64,000 bases of DNA, taken from contig NW_024704743.1 in the NCBI RefSeq assembly GCF_018977255.1, positions 15,936,001-16,000,000 on the forward strand, written 5' to 3'. The translations under genes and the position numbers were made by a program. The notes beneath the pieces are model-generated. The model made no database searches. It saw only the letters and a list, made by a program, of their open reading frames with translations, and was not told the DNA's origin. The stretch comes from Callorhinchus milii (Eukaryota). Of the stretch, positions 36,103 to 50,209 are shown piece by piece. Every line of letters starts with the position of its first letter. The first letter of the stretch is position 1.

Positions 36103-36689
36103 CTAGCTGCACCCGTGGCAGCTACGCTTGCAAGCAAAGGATCCCAATATGGAATGCAGATTGACACACAGACAGACACACTTACTTATCCTTGAAAGGT
36201 TTGATTTTCGCTGAGGCATCTTTATAATAATAAATATAACTGTATAATTTATAATCACTGGGACATCCTCCCGATGTAAAAGGCGCTTTAAAAATGTAAT
36301 TTTGTTGTTGTTGCCACGGCTTAGCTTCATCTGCGTTCTTTATTTTGTTCCCACCACCGCTTGGCTACGTGCGCGCTCTGTGATGCATTACGCCACAACG
36401 CCATGGTCAGTCGGCAAGGCTACCAGGTGTAAATGCACGATACCACAGCGCCACTTTGACTCGGCAGCCACCAGGTGTAACTGTAGAGAAAAATGCAAAA
36501 CTGAAATTTACATTTTACGTCATAACTCATGAACGACAGGAAATACCCCAAACAAATAGGCCCATGTCACTCCCAGATGGAAGATCTTTCTGATGAGGTA
36601 TAAATCAGGTCTCTATGTCAATCGGTTATTGAGATACTTCTTGGAGCGCACAGACAGATAGATATTGCCGTTTTATTAGTATAGATAGA
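36103..36689 (-). mobile_element. Non-autonomous Helitron-like element(s), interrupted by an L2 tail at ~36258-36312
   Basis: The minus strand starts a|TCTATCTATACTAATAAAA and ends ...TAGCTGCcacgggtGCAGCTAG|t. TC...CTAG termini, A/T target, terminal hairpin, internal (acag)n. Confidence 0.6.
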
Positions 36690-36954
36690 TAATAGAAATT
36701 GCAGCAGAGGAGGAAACCAATTAGTCCATCGTGTCTAAACTGGTGCTGACTCATAAACTACTCAAAAAGAGAAGGGAATTTCTCCCAGTGTCCTGGCCAA
36801 CAATCCCCCAAATAAAATTAGTCATTGCTCTATACAATTAGACTGCCGCGTTCACCTACAACTATACAGCTGCTTCACTTCACCATAAGTTATTGAATTC
36901 CTTTGGGAGGTCCTCCTGATGTGAAAGCTCTGTACCAAATTAAGGATTGTTATT

Positions 36955-38440
36955 ATCTGAGCTAAGTGCTCATTCAAATTCCTTGCTCTGTCTGCATACC
37001 TTATTATATTGTCCCTCTTAAAATGTTTATCGAATATCGTTTTAAATGTTCTCATGGTCTCAGGAACAATAAATTGCATTAATACACCGTTTTCACGTCA
37101 GGAGGGCATTGTGGTATTCCTTCTTTCTTTATTCCTTTTCCCAAAATGTACTCTTTTGCTATTTATTAACTATTTATTAACAATAAATTGCATCTGCCAC
37201 AATCTGCCCATTTTGCTTTGTAGTCTATGCCATACTGCATTCTTCCTCAGTTTTCTATATTCCTAATTTGATAATTCAGCAGAGTGAGACATTGTTTGAC
37301 CTCTGCCTATCTCCAAATCATCAATACAGGTGGAAATCAACATTTCTTTTGTTTTCTGCCTGTATTAATGATCCCTGGGGAAGAGTAAAGGTTTCAGGGG
37401 CATGCTACTAACCGAGGAATGAGGGAAGACTAAATAACCTATAATTCTCTGGCGCAACCTTTTCCGTATTTTAACCATGATATAATATTTGCCACCTCAA
37501 GTGCTTTAGCGGAATTCCAAAGAAGTTTGGAATATTGCATCCAATGTACCATCCATTATGTTCTCTGTGTCCTCTTTCAATATTCTTGAATCATATATCC
37601 ACTTGAATCTTCCACTAGCAGACCCGTATATCTTTTTAGTACTATTTCCATGTTAATATCCAGTAACTGCTCTTTCACATCCTTTGCTAATATTTCGATA
37701 GTTCTACTTTCACTTCCTTGTGTACAAAATGAAGCCAAGCATCTCCACCATTCCTTCATTCTTAACTACAAGACTTTCTCACATTTGGCTCAAAGCAGTT
37801 TCATACTTTCTTTGATTATCCTTTTACTTTAATGTGCCATTAACCATTTGTTATTACTCACTGTAAGATTATATTTGTAATGTTTAATGTTTTTTAAGGC
37901 TTTTAATTAATCTTTATATACGTATAGAATGTAACCTACGCATAATCCTTCAATAAGGTTTGTTTGATGTAATGATTAGCTTAGCAGGGGTTAAAAGTAG
38001 CTTCGATGGACCGGTCGAGGTCAGCTTCTGATTAAAAGGCAACAGCCTCACCATTAGTGTCAATGTTAGTTAATTAATTAATGTTAATGTTGCTACTTGT
38101 GAGTGATGAAAGACATTTTCTTTGAACCATTGTGTCAACTCGTTTTGAGTAAACCGGTGTTCTAGCAAACCTTACTCTGTTGCCTTTTTCCATATTCTCT
38201 TTTAACTTTCCCAATTTCTTCTTAGCTTATCTTTCCTTTTATTGCATGCTGTTCAGTGGTGTCTTTCGTAATAGACTTGTGTTTTTGCTCTATAGAGGTT
38301 ATGCTAAATGGCTCATCATTCCCAGGATCATGATTCTGACCTTTTCCTTTCAAAGGCTGGAATAGCATTAGCAATTTTCCACTCAACAAACTGTTAAAAA
38401 CATTATGCAATTCCTGTGCTACTTCCACCTTTAGTTAAAT
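36955..38440 (-). mobile_element. Patchwork of very old CR1 fragments
   Basis: Degenerate CR1 text, e.g. PGNDEPFSITS (38222..38428 ORF) and a CR1-like 3' region at ~36960-37080. Confidence 0.55.
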
Positions 38441-40007
38441 ACTCTCAGATGTGTTCCGCTCTGAATCTGGTTCAGAAAATTCAATAACACAATGTAGGAA
38501 TGCACAGGACTGACAAAGCCCAGTCTGAAAGTAAAAAATAAAATAAACACATACTCCAAACACTACCCTATCTTATATATGTTACAATTCATCCCCCCTC
38601 CATAGCCATTGGATCAGGTTGTGCATTTGTTCACACAATCTGTCTCCACCACCTGTCATTCCCCATATCTACCGGTTTCCAGCGCCCTGGGACGTCTTTC
38701 CAATGTGAAGGGCATTATACAAGGCACTTCACATTATACAGTGTAAGTTGTTGTTTCTGTTTGGGTGTAGTTTGTTTAAACATCTCTTGTTTGTGTTTGT
38801 ATTCCGCTCAATGTTGCTTGAAGATAAGGAGCGTAACAGTAAGTAAACCTGGCCAATGGACAAGAGGCTAGAATGAATAATGAATTATAATGAAAGAAGT
38901 TAAAACACATTTTTCTAAAAATCTGAGTGAGCTGTCCATTAATGAGGATCAATTAAGGATTTTACTCTAATAAAGTGATAATATTGGACCACAAACGAAG
39001 GACTTGGAAAGTGTTTGCTGGTCTTTGAACAGCATTCTCAGAACAACAACTTGCATTTATATAGCGCCCTTCATGAGGGGTTGTCTGAAACCATTTAACA
39101 GTGATGGACCTTGATGAGAAAGGGGGAGGCGACGAGGAAGGTCTTCAGGTGCATTATGGCTAAAACCACGGCTGCCTAATGGTGCGAAATTTCACCCACT
39201 ATATTGTATTAAATTGCTAACATAATTCTTACTGAACAAATCATTGGTTGAGTTAAAGACACCACAGACGTTATTGAAGGCTTTATCAAATCCTTTTATA
39301 TTAATCATGTGGAGTCCAGAAACACAGTGTGAGAAAAGAAGCAATGCTGAATTTGAGAACTCCAAGACTTTTCCCATCCTTAAGCAATTTTTCCGAAGAG
39401 CTCAGTCTAACGTCAGTGATCAGTTGTTTGTCTCCAGAGTGGCAACTTTTATTTCAGCACTCAATCCAACATAAACAGCTGAACTATTTTTTTGTGTCTT
39501 GTGAAATCCAGTCAGGCGTTATGCATTAGAAGTTACCCCTAGAGGCAAACTAGTAAAATACAAGTAGTTATCAAATAACTGCAACATTTAAACTCGGACA
39601 GAAGTCAAAAACCACAGACTTTATTGCAAAAAAACAATTAACAGCTCAGCAGGTGAAGTACATACAAAGCACGACATGACTTCCTCATTCAGTGAAAAAC
39701 ACAGCAGAGGAATTCATAGCAGTGGCAAGACAAATAGCTGCAGATGGCTGTCTGGGCTCTCCTTCACAGTGCAATAAAAGTTAGCAAAATCTCTTAAAGA
39801 GACAAACATCTAAATTATTTTCTGTTGGCTCTCTTATCTATGATGAGTGAAAAATCATAATTGATGTTTTTAACACCTGTATTAAGTTACTTTTTCATGT
39901 ATGTCTTTGGCGAATAGAACATTTTTGCACTTTTTCTACTCAGCAATTAAGCACTACCACATCAGCATATCACTTCAAACGCAAGTTAACGTTTCTTTTT
40001 TTTGGTC

Positions 40008-40372
40008 AGCCGGGTGTCTGACACTTGCGGAGACCCATCATCATGGTTAAGAGTATCCAAACCAAACTGAGAATTCCATGCATCCCACCTACACATGGAA
40101 ATTCCAGATATAAATTGTTAGAATGGAATGTGCACCCTCTTCCCGGAGTGACAATCATGCTTACCAAATTCCTGAAAGCATTAGGCGCAGACTGGCAAGA
40201 GCTGAGGCTTGGTTGGGGACCCCAGAGTGTGCGTTAGGGTACTGCTGGGGTCTAAGACTGCATAGCTTGTCATTGATGGCAGTATCTAACAAGCATTCTG
40301 CTGCTTGTCCACCTAGAACCACCCTCCCATAGGGCTTTGACTTGCAGGGTTAACAGGAGCTGAGTACTAACA
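40008..40372 (+). repeat. Unclassified dispersed repeat (copies ~25099-25368, 40008-40372, 49588-49845, 51415-51560)
   Basis: Shared text gggt(g/a)tctgacacatgcggaaacccatc...aagagtatccaaaccaaactgagaattccatgcatcccacctac...ggcaagag...ggggaccccagagtgtg. Confidence 0.85.
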
Positions 40373-42979
40373 GACCTATTGTGGAATATCCCACAGTGCG
40401 ATCATATCACATACCGCAATCATCCCCCTGCTATGTGTTAAATCGCTACTGAACTCTATCCCACCCCACCATAACCATCACCAGCCTGACAAGTTGTAGT
40501 CTAGTTATCAGCCTAACAGAAGCTGCCTTTATCATACAAAATCTGGCAATAATAACTAATTTCAGGAGTTACTCCAAAGCAGTCATTATCTTGCCCCCAA
40601 ATCCCAGTCGGCAGACCCTCATCAAAAATCAATACATTTTTATGTGATAAAAAAGTATCACATTGCTATTTTTTAATTTGAATCAGTAATATATTATTTT
40701 CAAATGGATCTCATAAAAGCCCATTACAATATGAAGCAGAAGAGAAGATTGGCGGTAGACTGAGGTTTATCATTGCTAGCTCTACGAACAGGCAGTTTGA
40801 CAATCAGTAATGAGTACCCTACCAGTTCACAACATTATTTTAGTTAAAATTGTTAATACTGAGATGAAAAATATTTGAAGTGACAGCAACATAATTGAAT
40901 ATTTAAAGTGATGCATGATGGACATCACTGGCAGGAAGATTTCATTCATAGGATCCATAAATCTCATTATAAAATGGCCTGTGCTAAATGCTCCTGGCAG
41001 TGCTGTATGATGTACTTACTAAAAAAGCAAGAGAAATACTGACAACTAATCATTTCTGAAGATGTGTTCCAGACAAGGATTTTACACTGTAATTGTATAT
41101 CATGGGCTGCACAAAGTGATAAAATGATACTTTGAGCGGAATTAATCTTCTCCGAATCTGTGTCTTGCGGAATATCTTAAAGTAGTGGTAGCCAGCCTGC
41201 GGCCCATCTTGATTTATGGCATGAATCAAGAAATATTCAATCAAGACAATTTATTTTGTTGACCGACTATAAAGGTTGGCCACCACTATCTTAAAGGGAA
41301 AGTGACCCTTTAAATTTCCCACCATTTTAGGTAGACTCTTCCCTACTTGATATCTGGCCCTACATCATTAAAGCGCTCTGAAACATTATAAGAATAATAA
41401 TCCTTGCATTTGATATAGTGCCTTATCACATCGTCAAAACGTCTCAAAGCGCTTCACAGAATATGCTGTAAAGTATCCTACAGAAGGGCACTATATAAAT
41501 GCAAGTGATTGTTTGACTTATAGTGTGGAGGATATGAGAATGAAGAAATAATGCTGGTTTCAATTCAAATGCATAAAAATATACATGTCATCCTGGCTCA
41601 GTTGATAATACTCTAACCCCTGAGTTAGAAGGTTGTGGGTTCAAGCCCCACTTTGGGACTTGGAACTTCTGTAGTCGAGGCTGAAACTCCAGTGCATTGC
41701 TGGGGGTGTTGTATGGTTGGAGGTGTTGTCCTTTGGATGAGTCATTAAACTAGGGTTCTGTCTGCTTGTTTACCTGGATGTTAAAGATCCCATAGGACTA
41801 CTTAAAAAGAGAAGGGAGTTTCCCCACTGAAATGCTATGAACATCAGGTTCAACTGGCACCCAACCAATTTGCATTTAGATTTTGACTATGTATTAAAAT
41901 CACCAGTGAGAAGTAGCACACTAAATGTTGCAAATAGTGATTTCAATCTTATTCTAGTAACACAATATCGGACAATATAGTTACATTAAAAATACTCAAA
42001 ACCGCAAATCCTTTCCGCTCAAAAGTAACGATTACAATCATACAGTAGTCTTTAGTATTATAATAAATCCTAAATTCCAAATTTATACACACTATATTTG
42101 CATGTTGATTTATACCAACATACCTTAATTATTTTGTGCATGTTATACAATCAAATAACACATCATTTAGCAATAGATATTGTTAAACACTTGCCAATTG
42201 TGAATTTTTGAAGTTTCATAACTCTGCATTTAGCAATACACGAGCGTCTGTTTTACTCATCATTTTCCTTGTAAACAGCTTATGCAGTTATAGCACTCAT
42301 AGGATAGTCAGTTGACCCTTATAGTTAACTTTCCATTGAAATAGTTGATTGTTTACTGAATTAGGGTCTGAAAAATGATCAGAATACCAGAATTACAGTA
42401 AAGTCTTTTAGCCTGCCAGACTATACAGATTCCTTGTCTGAAAGTTGTTTTCAATGTTTTATACCAGAACACACTAACCCCTTAAGCACCAAATAAAAAC
42501 ATACGAACAATTAACTGCGGTGATATGAATAAACCCATGACTTTTATCCTTTTATTTGACAAAACTTGGATTTTGCATGGTACATTTCATACTTCAGTTT
42601 TGAGGGAATACAAACTGCTTGATTACACTTTAAGAGTAGTTATATAGGAAATCTTTTCTTCATGCCTTGTTTATGCCGAGTCCCAACAATGACAAAGATT
42701 TACTGCAGTTTCAAAGGCATGTTCTTTGTGGTTTCCTGACTTCTTAAGGAAAATGCCTGTAGAATGATTGCCATAAATCTTTTTTGTTGTTAACATTGGG
42801 AGATTTCCTGTGCACGGTGACAGCTTAAGAGATCACTGTAAGACATTCCTCCAATCAATGTTGCCACCTAAGTACAGAAGGAATTGTGTTCTTGAATCTA
42901 CTCCTAAATAATTCTTGAGGAAGGAGTCTCTGGGGTCAATGGCAGCCAATCCCATGACAAAAACTTGGATGAGTATCTT

Positions 42980-43250
42980 AGTGGTTAGAGTACTCACCTC
43001 ACAAGTGAGAGGACCTGGGTTTGTTTCCTTACTCCACACACCTGTTTACCTAGCAGTAAGTACTGGTTGTTAGCCAATTGGCAGATCACTTTTCTGGTGG
43101 TAATAATACCTTTAAAATGCCCTTTTAAAAGAATAATAATTTGGTCATTCAATCCACGACTGTTCTAGGACACTGATGTATGCAATTGGCTGCCGTTTTT
43201 TGCCCCAAAAATATACATTCATTCACTTTATAGTATATTCTGTGTAGCGC
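42980..43250 (+). mobile_element. tRNA-SINE, degenerate
   Basis: agtggttagagtactcacctcacaag...caatccacgactg...gcaattggctgcc. Confidence 0.8.
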
Positions 43251-44489
43251 TTTTTAGTATATTCCGTGCATCTATTAACAGTAGTTAATAGTTTTATTTT
43301 CTGTAAAGCCTTCAATCACAACTAAATATTTATCTAGATCTGCAATTAAAGGGTTAATTCAATTTCCAGGGAATCTGTTCTATATATTGACTACTTTGTG
43401 TTTCAGAATATTCCTTTCTAATCCTCAGTCTTATTTAAGATGTGTTATTTTTCTGCTATTATTCTCGACCTTCATGAAGGAATGAAGGTATGGCAATGGC
43501 AAGTTTCATTTGTGTTTCTTTTTCTTCATCTACATTTTGTATTTTTCCTCCTTCTCTCGGGAATTGGTAATCCTCAAGTATCTCATTCAAGTCGGAATTC
43601 TTCACGAGAACATACCATGACACATCCAATCTGAATACAGGTCATAGAAATGTGTAGCTTCTAAATTTCAGCTAAGAGGGAAAATGTGCCCCTCCTTAAC
43701 TCTGCAATCTCTTCTGGTTCTATTCCCATACCTGTGATCTCAATTCTTCCAACTTTGGTTGGAAGAGTAGAGTAGAGGGCACAGGTCGGGGAACAATACT
43801 GTTCATTCCTCACTCCCACTGTTCTACCATCAGTGGCTGTGCCTTTCAGCCACTATGCCCTGTTCTTTGGAACTCTCTTCCACAATCTCTTTGCCTGCTC
43901 CTTTCATTAACACCATTACATTTTCCTCCCACTTCTCCCTTCTTTTTTTCCCTTTCATCTCTGTGAATGAAGCGCTTCAAGAATCTCACCCTATATGAAA
44001 GGCTCTGCATAAATGTAGATCTATCCTACAGCACCTTGGAACGTCCTCCCGACGTGAAAGAAGCTTTACAAATGTAATTTTGTATTGTATTCCCAGCCCA
44101 CCTTTAGCCTGAAGAGAAAGATGAAAGCTACTGAGGTTTGATTTCTTTAAATTGGAAGCAGAAAACATTGTAGGACAAGATACTCGTCTGTAAGATGTCT
44201 TTCCAACCTCTACAATAGTACAGCTATTACACAACCACTGAACAAAATTTATAGCCTTTCAGATTCCAGAGCCAGCTCTGAGAAATAACTAAGTGGAGGC
44301 GTGTCAACACTGGCCTTTGCAACTGAGACCACCCCAGCCAAATGCTCACAGAACATGCAAGCAAAGCCATTCTTAAGTGTATTTGTATATTAATGTGATG
44401 TTGTGATAAGGGAAAATGGTAATTCAGCACACTTCTCAGCAACCTCGTAAATCAGAGGTCATGAAGAATTTTACATCAAGATGATACCA

Positions 44490-44870
44490 AGTATAATACA
44501 GTGTCGATATGAAGAGAGACTGGCTAAATTGGGGCTGTTTCCATTGTAGTAGGGGAGCATGAGTGAGGATATGATAGAGGTATTTAAGATTGTTAAGGGG
44601 CATGACAGAATAGAGAAAGATTATTTCCTTCATTTGGAGAATTGGTGACAAGGATGTTTTCAAGATTGTTTGTAAGGAATAGTTGTAATTTCTATAGTCG
44701 GACGGTTATTAGGGTTTGGAATTTATTGCCGCTTGTGGCTATTGAGGCTGAATCAGTAATCATTCAAAGGAGACCTAGATGGACACCTGCAAAGTTAAGT
44801 TAATAAATAGGGCTGAATAGAAATTGAAAATAAGTATCAATAACACAGACATGATGGGCTGAAAATTGCT
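44490..44870 (+). mobile_element. Old CR1 3' fragment (similar remnants ~9400-9790, 46700-46980, 48880-49130)
   Basis: tatgaagagagactggctaaattggggctgtttcc...atgatagaggtatttaagatt...gggtttggaat. Confidence 0.7.
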
Positions 44871-45109
44871 GTTTCGTCAATGCCTGATCCTGAGACAGCA
44901 GAGTTGTCAGTAACTGTTTATGCTACTGTCAGGATGTGGATGAAAACCACCACATTACCACTAACACAGCGCCCTGCCTCCAACAGGACAAACAACACTC
45001 TGCTTACTGTGCAAAAGTGGTACAAACCTCAAATGTACTATTGGAGGCAAATAATGAATATAAATAGGCTAATCCACCACAGTGAGGTCAAACGTGGGCA
45101 ATTTCAGAA

Positions 45110-45482
45110 TAATATATAATAATCCTTGCATTTGATATAGAACCTCATCAGGTCTTCGAGACGCCTCAAAGCGCTTCACAGAATATACTGTAAAGTGAAT
45201 TGACTGTATATTTTGTGGGAGAAATGCGGCAGCCAATTGCGCACAACAGTGTCTCACAAATAGTCGTGGATTGAGTGACCAATTTATTATTATTATTATT
45301 TTGGGGGGGAAGAATTATTACACCCAAAAAAGCGATCCACCAATCGAACAACAACCGGGTTCCTACTTACTGCTAGGTAAACAGAGGTAAGGAAACTTGG
45401 CCAACAATACGCCCTGCCGTGAATCGAATCCAGATCTCTCGCTTGCGAAGCGAGTGCTCTAACTACTGAGCTACATCACTCC
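45110..45482 (-). mobile_element. tRNA-SINE, full-length
   Basis: Tail at ~45110, head ...ctaactactgagctac at ~45470. Confidence 0.9.
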
Positions 45483-45639
45483 AGATTAAGAAACCCAGAA
45501 GCAGGGCACTCTGACTGATGGTAACTCCTTCAATGCAATCTACATGGCACACTGAAGGAGGGAGTTCTTACTTGTTTTTCTTATTATAGAATTCTGTTAG
45601 GTGCTGCATATTACACAACAATATGCAGCAATATCGAAT

Positions 45640-46180
45640 TTCCGGGGGTAATAATCCCTCAATATTCAGTCAATCCACGACTGTCAGTGGGACATTGCTG
45701 TGTGCAATTGGCTACCATGTTTCGACCACAAAATATAAAGTCAATCCATTTTGTGGAGTCCTGTAGCTCAGTGGTTAGAGCACTCGTCTCGCAAGCAAGA
45801 GACCTGGGTTCAATTCTGAGGCAGGGCGAAACGTTGGGCAACTTTCCTTACTCCACATGCCTCTGTGTATCAGTAAGTAGGAACCTGGTTGTTAGTCGAT
45901 TGGCAGATTGCTTTTAATAATTCCTTACAACAAATAAAAGTCACTGAATCCACGACTATTTGTGGGACACTGCTGTGCGCAATTGGTTGTCACGTTTCGC
46001 CCACAAAATATACACTTTACAGTTTTATCGGTGAACCACTTTGAGACGTCTTAAAGAAATGATAAGGTATTATATCAAACACAAGGATTATTATTATACA
46101 ATATATTCTGTGAAGCGCTTTGAGAAGTCTCAACAGCGTGATAAAGCACTTTATCAAATGCAAGGATTATTATTATTATT
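45640..46180 (+). mobile_element. SINE nested in a SINE (inner full-length copy ~45755-46096)
   Basis: The outer copy breaks at gtcaatccatttt and resumes at tacaatatattctgtgaagcg. Confidence 0.85.
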
Positions 46181-46324
46181 TCAATATATTTACTTCACAA
46201 GATCTATTTACAGATTTCAAGAATCATCAGTACAGAACAAATCATTTTAGGCACAATATACAGTATCTTTACTTGATAAATTAATCAATATATGAAATAA
46301 ACTTCCAAGATGAATATAGATTAC

Positions 46325-46445
46325 CTGAAATGGAACAATAAACTATGTGCGGAGCTATCTTGTGTATATCTTCATATCCCAGACCCATTTCTCCTAATTT
46401 TCCAGGAGTATAATTTTCAATCAGCACATCGCAAACAGATGCCAG
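46325..46445 (-). CDS. SUGCT: SUGCT exon (probable exon 6), 121 nt: [40 protein letters not shown](G)
   Basis: cctacag|CTGGCA...TTTCAG|gtaatc. DVxxEN(Y/F)xPG and IVYCSISG motifs; visible in ORF 46281..46463. Confidence 0.97.
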
Positions 46446-48109
46446 CTGTAGGGAAGAAATCAAAGGATACTTTTTTAAATGATTAGATTTTATTTTTAAG
46501 TATTACATTAATGACGTAGAGAAACATATTTGGAACACCTACTCAATTAACTGAATTTGTACTGTTGAACAACAATAACCACTTGCATTTATATAGCGGC
46601 CGTCACACCAGACGGCATCTCGGAGCGCTTAAATGCTTAAATCTTCAATTTGTCATCCTTAAATCATTTGTCTCAGCATTTGTTGTGTTCATAGAAGCTT
46701 GGGCTCATGGCAGAACTTTTTTAAATATTCAAGATCCGCACGGTATAATTGAGCTCTAATGATGTTTAAGAGCATGGTCAAAAAATTCTAGGTCAAAGGG
46801 ACACTGATTCAAGATCAGAAGAGAGAAAGAAACCTGACAATTCATACTGAAGTACTTTACAGAGAGTGAAGAAGATATGGACTAGGCTACCCAGGGAGGT
46901 AGTAGAGGCAGTGTAAATCAACTAATTCAAGACAGAATTAGATAACTATTTCTGAAGAAATTGAAAGATGGATATAAAAGATAATTGAGGGAAAAGTTGC
47001 AGTATTCCTTACTTAACGAGTGTAAATTAAGGCACCGAGTAAACCATTGGTAAGTCCTTTTGAGATCCTGCTGCCTGCCTATTTTAACCTGAAGTGGATA
47101 ACTTTCCTTTTGTATATTTTCAGCCCTACATCAGGCTCCAAGTCTTTTTTTTGGTTAGATACTTTATTTTGGGACAAGCCAGTGGGATGGTTCTTTCTAG
47201 TCTTGTGCATTCTAATGTAATGCATCAGTAGGAACTATGAATGCATGAACTATTTAGGAATTATCATATTTCCTTCTCTTTATTCTAGCAAGGTCAGGGA
47301 ATAAAGACCTCTGCTTACATATTAGAGAGATACACAAAGGATGATAATGGACACAAAACAACAATACAATCAAGGCAGGTTTCAAATTAGGATAAAGATT
47401 AGAATACACTATTTGCAAAATGCATCCAAACCTGGGATTCAATTACTACCTTAACTCTTACTTGGTGTATGACTAGCATACGACTGAGGATAGTACTTTA
47501 TGACAAGTCGTGGAAATGTAATGGATCATGTGATAGGTCATACAATTAAGTTAATTAATAAATTACAGGGAATCTCACTAACAGGAATATAAAATTGCAT
47601 GATATTTTTACAGTCACAGCATCACTAAACTCATTCGATTAGTAAAATACCCACTGACAACCTTAAGAAGTAGGGAGAAATAGGCCTTTCTATAGAAGAA
47701 ACTGAGCCAGGTTCATTAACATGATATAGTCTTAATGAATAATGGTTACAAAAACAACTTAATACAAAATAAAACACTGTACAGACTTGGAGCCTGTGTT
47801 AACTCACTATACCAGATGGCCTATGTAACTCCCTTACAATTACATCCACTGTGAGTTATCGGGTCATCTACAACAGTGTAATAATAGTAAAAAAAAAGCT
47901 CAGTACATCTATGATCATTAATGATAACCTTACTGCTTCCGACGCACATTTCACTTCAAAACAATATATCACTCAGCGATATGCATCTTGAGTTTATTTC
48001 TAGAATTTGTTTAAGTTTACAGAAGTCGTACAGACCACATGCCCGCACAAAAGCAGAGCTATGAATATAAAGCATCAGAAACGGTATGTTCCACTCATCT
48101 CAGGAATCT

Positions 48110-48400
48110 TCACAAGCGAGTGGGTAGCTGAGCCAAACGCAATGGAAAGTCTCACGTTCAATCTGTAGGCTGTGCTAAAGTCACCAATTTCACCTAGCGG
48201 TAAGTCCACTAGAACTGGCCTCGGTACAGTATTGGGAAAGGATCACGCTCGCTGTTGATCATTATGAAGGGAATCGTGTTTGCCCATGTGCAGATATTAG
48301 GTGAGAACAGAATTAACTGCAATCTCTCTCAGTCAAATAGTCTCACCAACTAGAATGTGGCCCCATTATTCACTGGGCATGAGCACAGCCGGGAAGCACA
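48110..48400 (+). mobile_element. Very old SINE remnant, AmnSINE2-like (possible inverted copy ~11690-11840)
   Basis: gctgagcca...gttcaatctgtaggctgtgctaaagt...ggcctcgg...gtgagaacagaatt. Recalled similarity only. Confidence 0.35.
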
Positions 48401-50028
48401 CTAAAATATGTCTGACTTTCAGGTTATCAGGTTGCTGCTGACAGTGAATGTAGAAGTACTGCCTAGCTATCATGGCCTCACTATAAAATGGGTTGGGATT
48501 TTATGGAATCCCCCTTAACTCCCAACTTATAATGGGGCTCCACTATACACAGTGCATAAAACAATTCTTGTGATATCTCGTCTCACTTGAAGACTTCTAA
48601 ATTTTGTACTTGTGTCCTGTTTTTCTGTGCATCAGTTTACTTACAAAGCATTTTACAGACAAATGTTCTAGGAACAGACAGATCTAAACAAACCATTCAC
48701 AAAAAACTGGAATGATAAGCTTAAATGCTACAAATATAGAATAGTTAAGAATAAGCATTTTAACTTAGATAGCTTTGGCAGCAGTTCCGTCCGACAGACA
48801 TAATTTGAGTTGTGTCCCACATATGTTGAGTGCTGTTGGTTAATTGGAAATTCCTGTACAAGCATACTAGAACCAGCTGTGGAACAGAAAGGATATCAGC
48901 AAATTTAAGGATCAACACCAGAAGAGAAAAAAGGAATGAGAAGAAACTTTTGTTAGGATGTAGATTAGTTTATCACAAATGGCTAAAAGGGATTTGGATA
49001 AATACTTGAGGAAAACTGATGTTAAACAGCATGGCGAAAGAGGTGAGGAATGGGATGAAAGCACATAGCTTTTAGGGAGGAGCTGGTATGATGGGTCAAA
49101 TTACCTTCGGTGCTGTAAATCTTCTATGGTACTATGAAATTTCACTACACTATTTGGGGTCAGGCTAGGTTCGTAGCACTCTCATCTCCGAGTCAGAAGG
49201 TTGGGGGTTTGAGCCCCACATTGGGACTAGATTTCATATAGTCTATGCCGACTCTCCAATGCAGTGCTGGGGGTGCACGGTATTGTTAGAGATTAGATGT
49301 CAAACTAAAGGCCCCTCTAGTCTCTAGGGAGATATTAAAGATCTCATGGCATTATTCAAAAAGTAAATGGAGGTTTTCCCAGTATCCTGACCTACAATCA
49401 CCCAAATAAAATTGGTCATTCACTTCATGACTGTTTGTGGGATATTCCTGTGCGCAATTGGGCTGCTGCATTCACCTACAAATAGAGCACACAGTTACTC
49501 CACTTCACAGTAAATCCTGGGAAGCATTTTGAGATGTCCTGCAGATGTGAAAGGCACTATACCAAATGCAAAAATTATGATTATAATTGGAGGGATAGCC
49601 AGGTATCTGAAACATGCGGAAACCCATTACCAAGTTTTAAATTATCCAAACGTATTCGCAGCTTGGCAAGAGTCAGGGCTTGGGGATCCCAGAGTGTGTG
49701 TTGGGGTACTGCTGGAGTCTAACCAGCTAAAACCACATAGCTTGCCATTGATATTGCTGTTTGGCAAGCTTTCCCGCTGCTTATCCAGCAAGGACCACCT
49801 TACCCGTTAGAGCTTTGGTTTGCAGGGTTAACAGGAGCTCAGTAGGATGATTCCTACTGCTGGGCAGCATCAGTAGAGAACTAGAAATGGTGTGTGACAA
49901 GATGACTTTCTGAGAGCACATCGCCCAATAAATTTTACTGTTGCTTAATTAAATAAATCAAGCTGTATAATTTCAGTCACTAATTTATGCAAAAAATATT
50001 TGGAAGAAAAACTTTTTTCAGAACTTAC

Positions 50029-50079
50029 ATCTTTTATTATGTGTGCACCCTTGGGGTCCTTCAGGTTCACTGATATACT
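50029..50079 (-). CDS. SUGCT: SUGCT exon (probable exon 5), 51 nt: SISVNLKDPKGAHIIKD
   Basis: tttgcag|AGTATA...AAAGAT|gtaagt. Phase 0-0; continues the NRNKK-S(I/L)xxNLKDPKG motif. Confidence 0.93.
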
Positions 50080-50209
50080 CTGCAAACAAAAAAAATATTA
50101 CTGGAAGTGATACTTCCTTCTTACACATGACAGTAATACATAAACATTACGTGTCCTAAACCATCAACTCTTATTAAATCTTAAATTATCTTCAAGTTAA
50201 GTTCTTTAA

